Positions 61,075-64,000 of a DNA stretch of 64,000 bases are shown here, one piece after another. This DNA comes from Felis catus (lineage: Eukaryota), in the NCBI RefSeq assembly GCF_018350175.1, contig NC_058377.1, forward strand, positions 103,788,001-103,852,000, given 5' to 3'. The notes beneath the pieces were generated by a model, which was not told the DNA's origin, ran no database searches, and worked only from the letters and a program-made list of their open reading frames with translations. Made by a program: the position numbers and the translations under genes. Position 1 is the first letter of the stretch, and each line of letters starts with the position of its first letter.

Positions 61075-62010
61075 ATGGAGCAGGGAAATTACACCAGGGT
61101 GAAAGAATTTATTTTTCAAGGACTGACCCAGTCCCGAGAGTTAAGCTTGGCCTTATTTCTTATGTTATTTCTGGTGTACACATCAACTCTTCTGGGAAAC
61201 CTCCTCATCATGGTCACTGTGACCTGCGAGTCCCGCCTTCACACGCCCATGTACTTCCTGCTCCGCAATCTCTCCGTCTTGGACATCTGCTTCTCCTCCA
61301 TCACCGCTCCCAAGGTCCTCGTAGACCTCCTGTCAAGGACGAAGACCATCTCCTTCAATGGTTGCATCACTCAGATCTTTTTCTTCCACCTCCTCGGGGG
61401 GGCAGACATTTTTTCTCTCTCTGTCATGGCCTTCGACCGCTACATGGCCATCTCCAAGCCCCTGCACTACGTGACCATCATGAGCAGGGGGCGATGCACT
61501 GCCCTCATCGTGGCCTCCTGGGTGGGGGGCTTTGTCCACTCCATCGTGCAGATTTCTCTGTTGCTGCCCCTCCCCTTCTGTGGACCCAGTGTTGTTGATG
61601 GCTTCTACTGTGACGTCCCCCAGGTCCTCAAACTCGCCTGCACCAGCACCTTTGCTCTTGAGGTCTTAATGATTTCCAACAATGGCTTAATCTCTACACT
61701 ATGGTTTGTCTTCCTCCTTGTGTCCTACACAGTCATCTTGACGATGCTGAGGTCTCACGCCGGGGAGGGAAGAAAGAAAGCCATCTCCACCTGCACCGCC
61801 CACATCACTGTGGTGACTCTGCACTTTGTGCCCTGCATCTACGTCTACGCCCGGCCCTTCACTGCCCTTCCCATGGACAGAGCTGTCTCCATCACCTTCA
61901 CGGTCATCATCCCGGTCCTGAACCCCATGATCTACACCCTCAGGAACCAGGAGATGAAGTCAGCCATGAAGAGACTGAGGAAAAGACTTGGACCTTCAGA
62001 AAAAGAATAG
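61075..62010 (+). CDS. OR4D-subfamily olfactory receptor, 311 aa, intact
   Basis: ATG at 61075 (ORF track begins at an upstream TTG). MEQGNYTRV start and all OR motifs. Closest in-window relative is 14165-15100. Confidence 0.93.
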   Translation: MEQGNYTRVKEFIFQGLTQSRELSLALFLMLFLVYTSTLLGNLLIMVTVTCESRLHTPMYFLLRNLSVLDICFSSITAPKVLVDLLSRTKTISFNGCITQIFFFHLLGGADIFSLSVMAFDRYMAISKPLHYVTIMSRGRCTALIVASWVGGFVHSIVQISLLLPLPFCGPSVVDGFYCDVPQVLKLACTSTFALEVLMISNNGLISTLWFVFLLVSYTVILTMLRSHAGEGRKKAISTCTAHITVVTLHFVPCIYVYARPFTALPMDRAVSITFTVIIPVLNPMIYTLRNQEMKSAMKRLRKRLGPSEKE

Positions 62011-62869
62011 ATGGCTATGAAGTCCAGATTGAGAGTCAGAACTGAAAAGTATTCTCTCACAACACAGTAGCAGACCCCAATCAATAAGACCATCTTGAGG
62101 CCAAAGTTTCCCCTGTGTCTTATAACAGCATCCTCTAATAAGGGTGTCCTGAAATGGCCTTCTCTGAAACGTTTTTTCTTGGTGAAATTGTCAACGACTT
62201 AGAGTCTTCAATCCACAAATTGGCCTCTCTTCAAGAAACTCCAAAGCTTGCATCACCCAAACACCTCATTTTACAGGTGAGGAAATGAGGTCTGAGAGAA
62301 AGTGACTTCTCAGTTGTGGAGCTCTGGCTGTTGTTGCCCAACCAGTAATTAGCAAAATGATCTCCAGGGACCAGGAGTCAAGGCCAGAAAGCCCAGCCAT
62401 CCCTCCCTTTGTGGAAATCATCTTCCATTGCCAACCTTGGAGGACCCAGGGTACATCTTTCTATGGAAGCCTCTGGGTTTCCCTTGCAGAAGCTGAGGTA
62501 AGTTTTGTGTGTCGCCAAAGGTTTCCTAGCTAACTAATGGTGGAGGCAAGGCTGGATCTGAGTTATCTGACCCTCAGCTAAGTGCATGGTTCCCTACTCC
62601 TGCCTCCTCATACGGGATTTGATAGGGTCTGAAACAAGCCCATCCACAAACATCTCTCCTCTAGTGTAGTATTATGAAAGGTGTTTGCTTGTCTTCACCT
62701 GACCAAGGAGTAAATACCTGAGGGCTTCGGGCCCCTTTAAGAATTTCAACATCATTTCCAGCCATTCATTCCCAACCAACCCTCCAGAGAAAGGAATCCT
62801 ATCCTGTGTGCATTGCTAGAATGTGCCTGACTCAAGTCCACAAGAAACAACGACTTAAGAATAAACTCA

Positions 62870-63315
62870 GGGGCACCTGGGCAATTCAGTCAGTTAAGCA
62901 GCTGACTTCAGCTCAGGTCATGATCTCATGGTTGGTGAGTTCGAACCCTGTGTCAGGCTCTGTGCTGACAGCGTGGAGACTGGAGCCTGCTTTGAATTCT
63001 GTGTTTCCCTCTCTTTCTGCCCCTCCCCTGCTAGTGCTCTGTCTCTCAGAAAATAAATAAACATAAAAAAAATTTTTTTAAAGAATAAACTCAATTTGGG
63101 GTACTTGCATGGCTCAGTTGGTTAAGTGTCCCGATTTCGGCTGAGGTCATTATCTCACGGTTTGTGGGTTCAAGCCCTGTGTCAGGCTCTGTACTAACAG
63201 AGCCTAGAGCCTATTTCAGTTGATTTCTCCCTCTCTCTGCCCCTCCCCTGCTCTCTCTCTCCCTCTCTCTCTCTGTCTTTCCCAAAAATAAACATTAAAA
63301 AAAAGAAGAAGAAGA
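62870..63315 (+). mobile_element. Two tandem Can-SINEs (heads near 62870 and 63098)
   Basis: TSD aagaataaactca around the first. Confidence 0.88.
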
Positions 63316-64000
63316 AACTCATTTTTCATTATCCAGACCTCCTTTTTAAGAGAATAGAAAACAATATTTCGTTTGAGTTCGTCTCCTGGAAACCTATTAA
63401 GTTTGTCAAGTAAAGAGATGAAGTTGGTGGTCAACTAGAATTTGGGTTGCATTTGGATCCCAGGCTTCTCTCCCATGCAATCTCTGATGGATGCATGAAG
63501 TAAAAGAAGTAAAGAGCCATTTGCGCTGCCCAATTCCAAGAAAAACACAAGTAAGGGAAGCCTGCCAAAATATAGCCCATCCCAAACATCTCTAACCCTG
63601 CCTAGTATTCCTCCCTTGGTGCTGGCTTGAAATCCCTGCTCTTAGAATACTTCCTAAGATAGACACAGTTCATGGGGGACAAGCTAGATAGAATGCCACC
63701 ACTTCCGGAGTTAGATACGTCTCCGGATGGCCATAGCAATCTGCTGGTCTTGACGGTGGGGAGGGGGCATCTCTGAGTCTATTTTCAGGGGTATGCCTCT
63801 GGGGATTCATTTCAGATGGTTTGTTGGATTAGTCAAAGGCGCCAGGTGTCCTCCGAGGGTAGAGGAGATGTAGAACTGGAAAGCTGCAGTGGGTGGACGT
63901 GAGGGGGTGACTCCAAGTCCAAAGGTAGCCCAAGAGACCCAGGTGCAGAAGGGTGGAACACTTCAGCACAGCAAAGCAAGGCAAACACTGGTAACAAAAT

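Noticed and set aside
1058-63434. Many short ORFs resembling MAQSVKRPTSAQVMIS...
   Set aside because: Translations of Can-SINEs, not genes.

Overview
Mammalian genomic DNA, almost certainly a felid (dense tRNA-derived Can-SINEs of the SINEC_Fc type, L1_Fc-like 3' ends), from a draft assembly with four N gaps. The window is a tandem cluster of six single-coding-exon class II olfactory receptor genes of the OR4D subfamily, all on the + strand: OR4D6 (5925-6869), an OR4D-like gene (14165-15100), OR4D10 (27624-28559), OR4D11 (36760-37695), OR4D9 (47296-48232, broken by a +1 A in a homopolymer) and a second OR4D-like gene (61075-62010). Gene symbols come from recalled human protein sequences, not from a search. 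I found no new gene system. The most interesting signal is patchwork exchange among the paralogs: a near-identical CpG-rich TM2-ECL2 core shared by three genes, and a 3' end plus 3' flank copied from OR4D10 into OR4D11 that leaves the old OR4D11 C-terminus stranded 225 bp downstream. Other oddities are a young-looking ERV LTR carrying an ancient MER5A-containing segment, a tailless U6 retrocopy with a TSD, a SINE with a 3'-transduced tag and a 58-bp templated duplication. Repeat boundaries, family names and mismatch counts are by eye and approximate.
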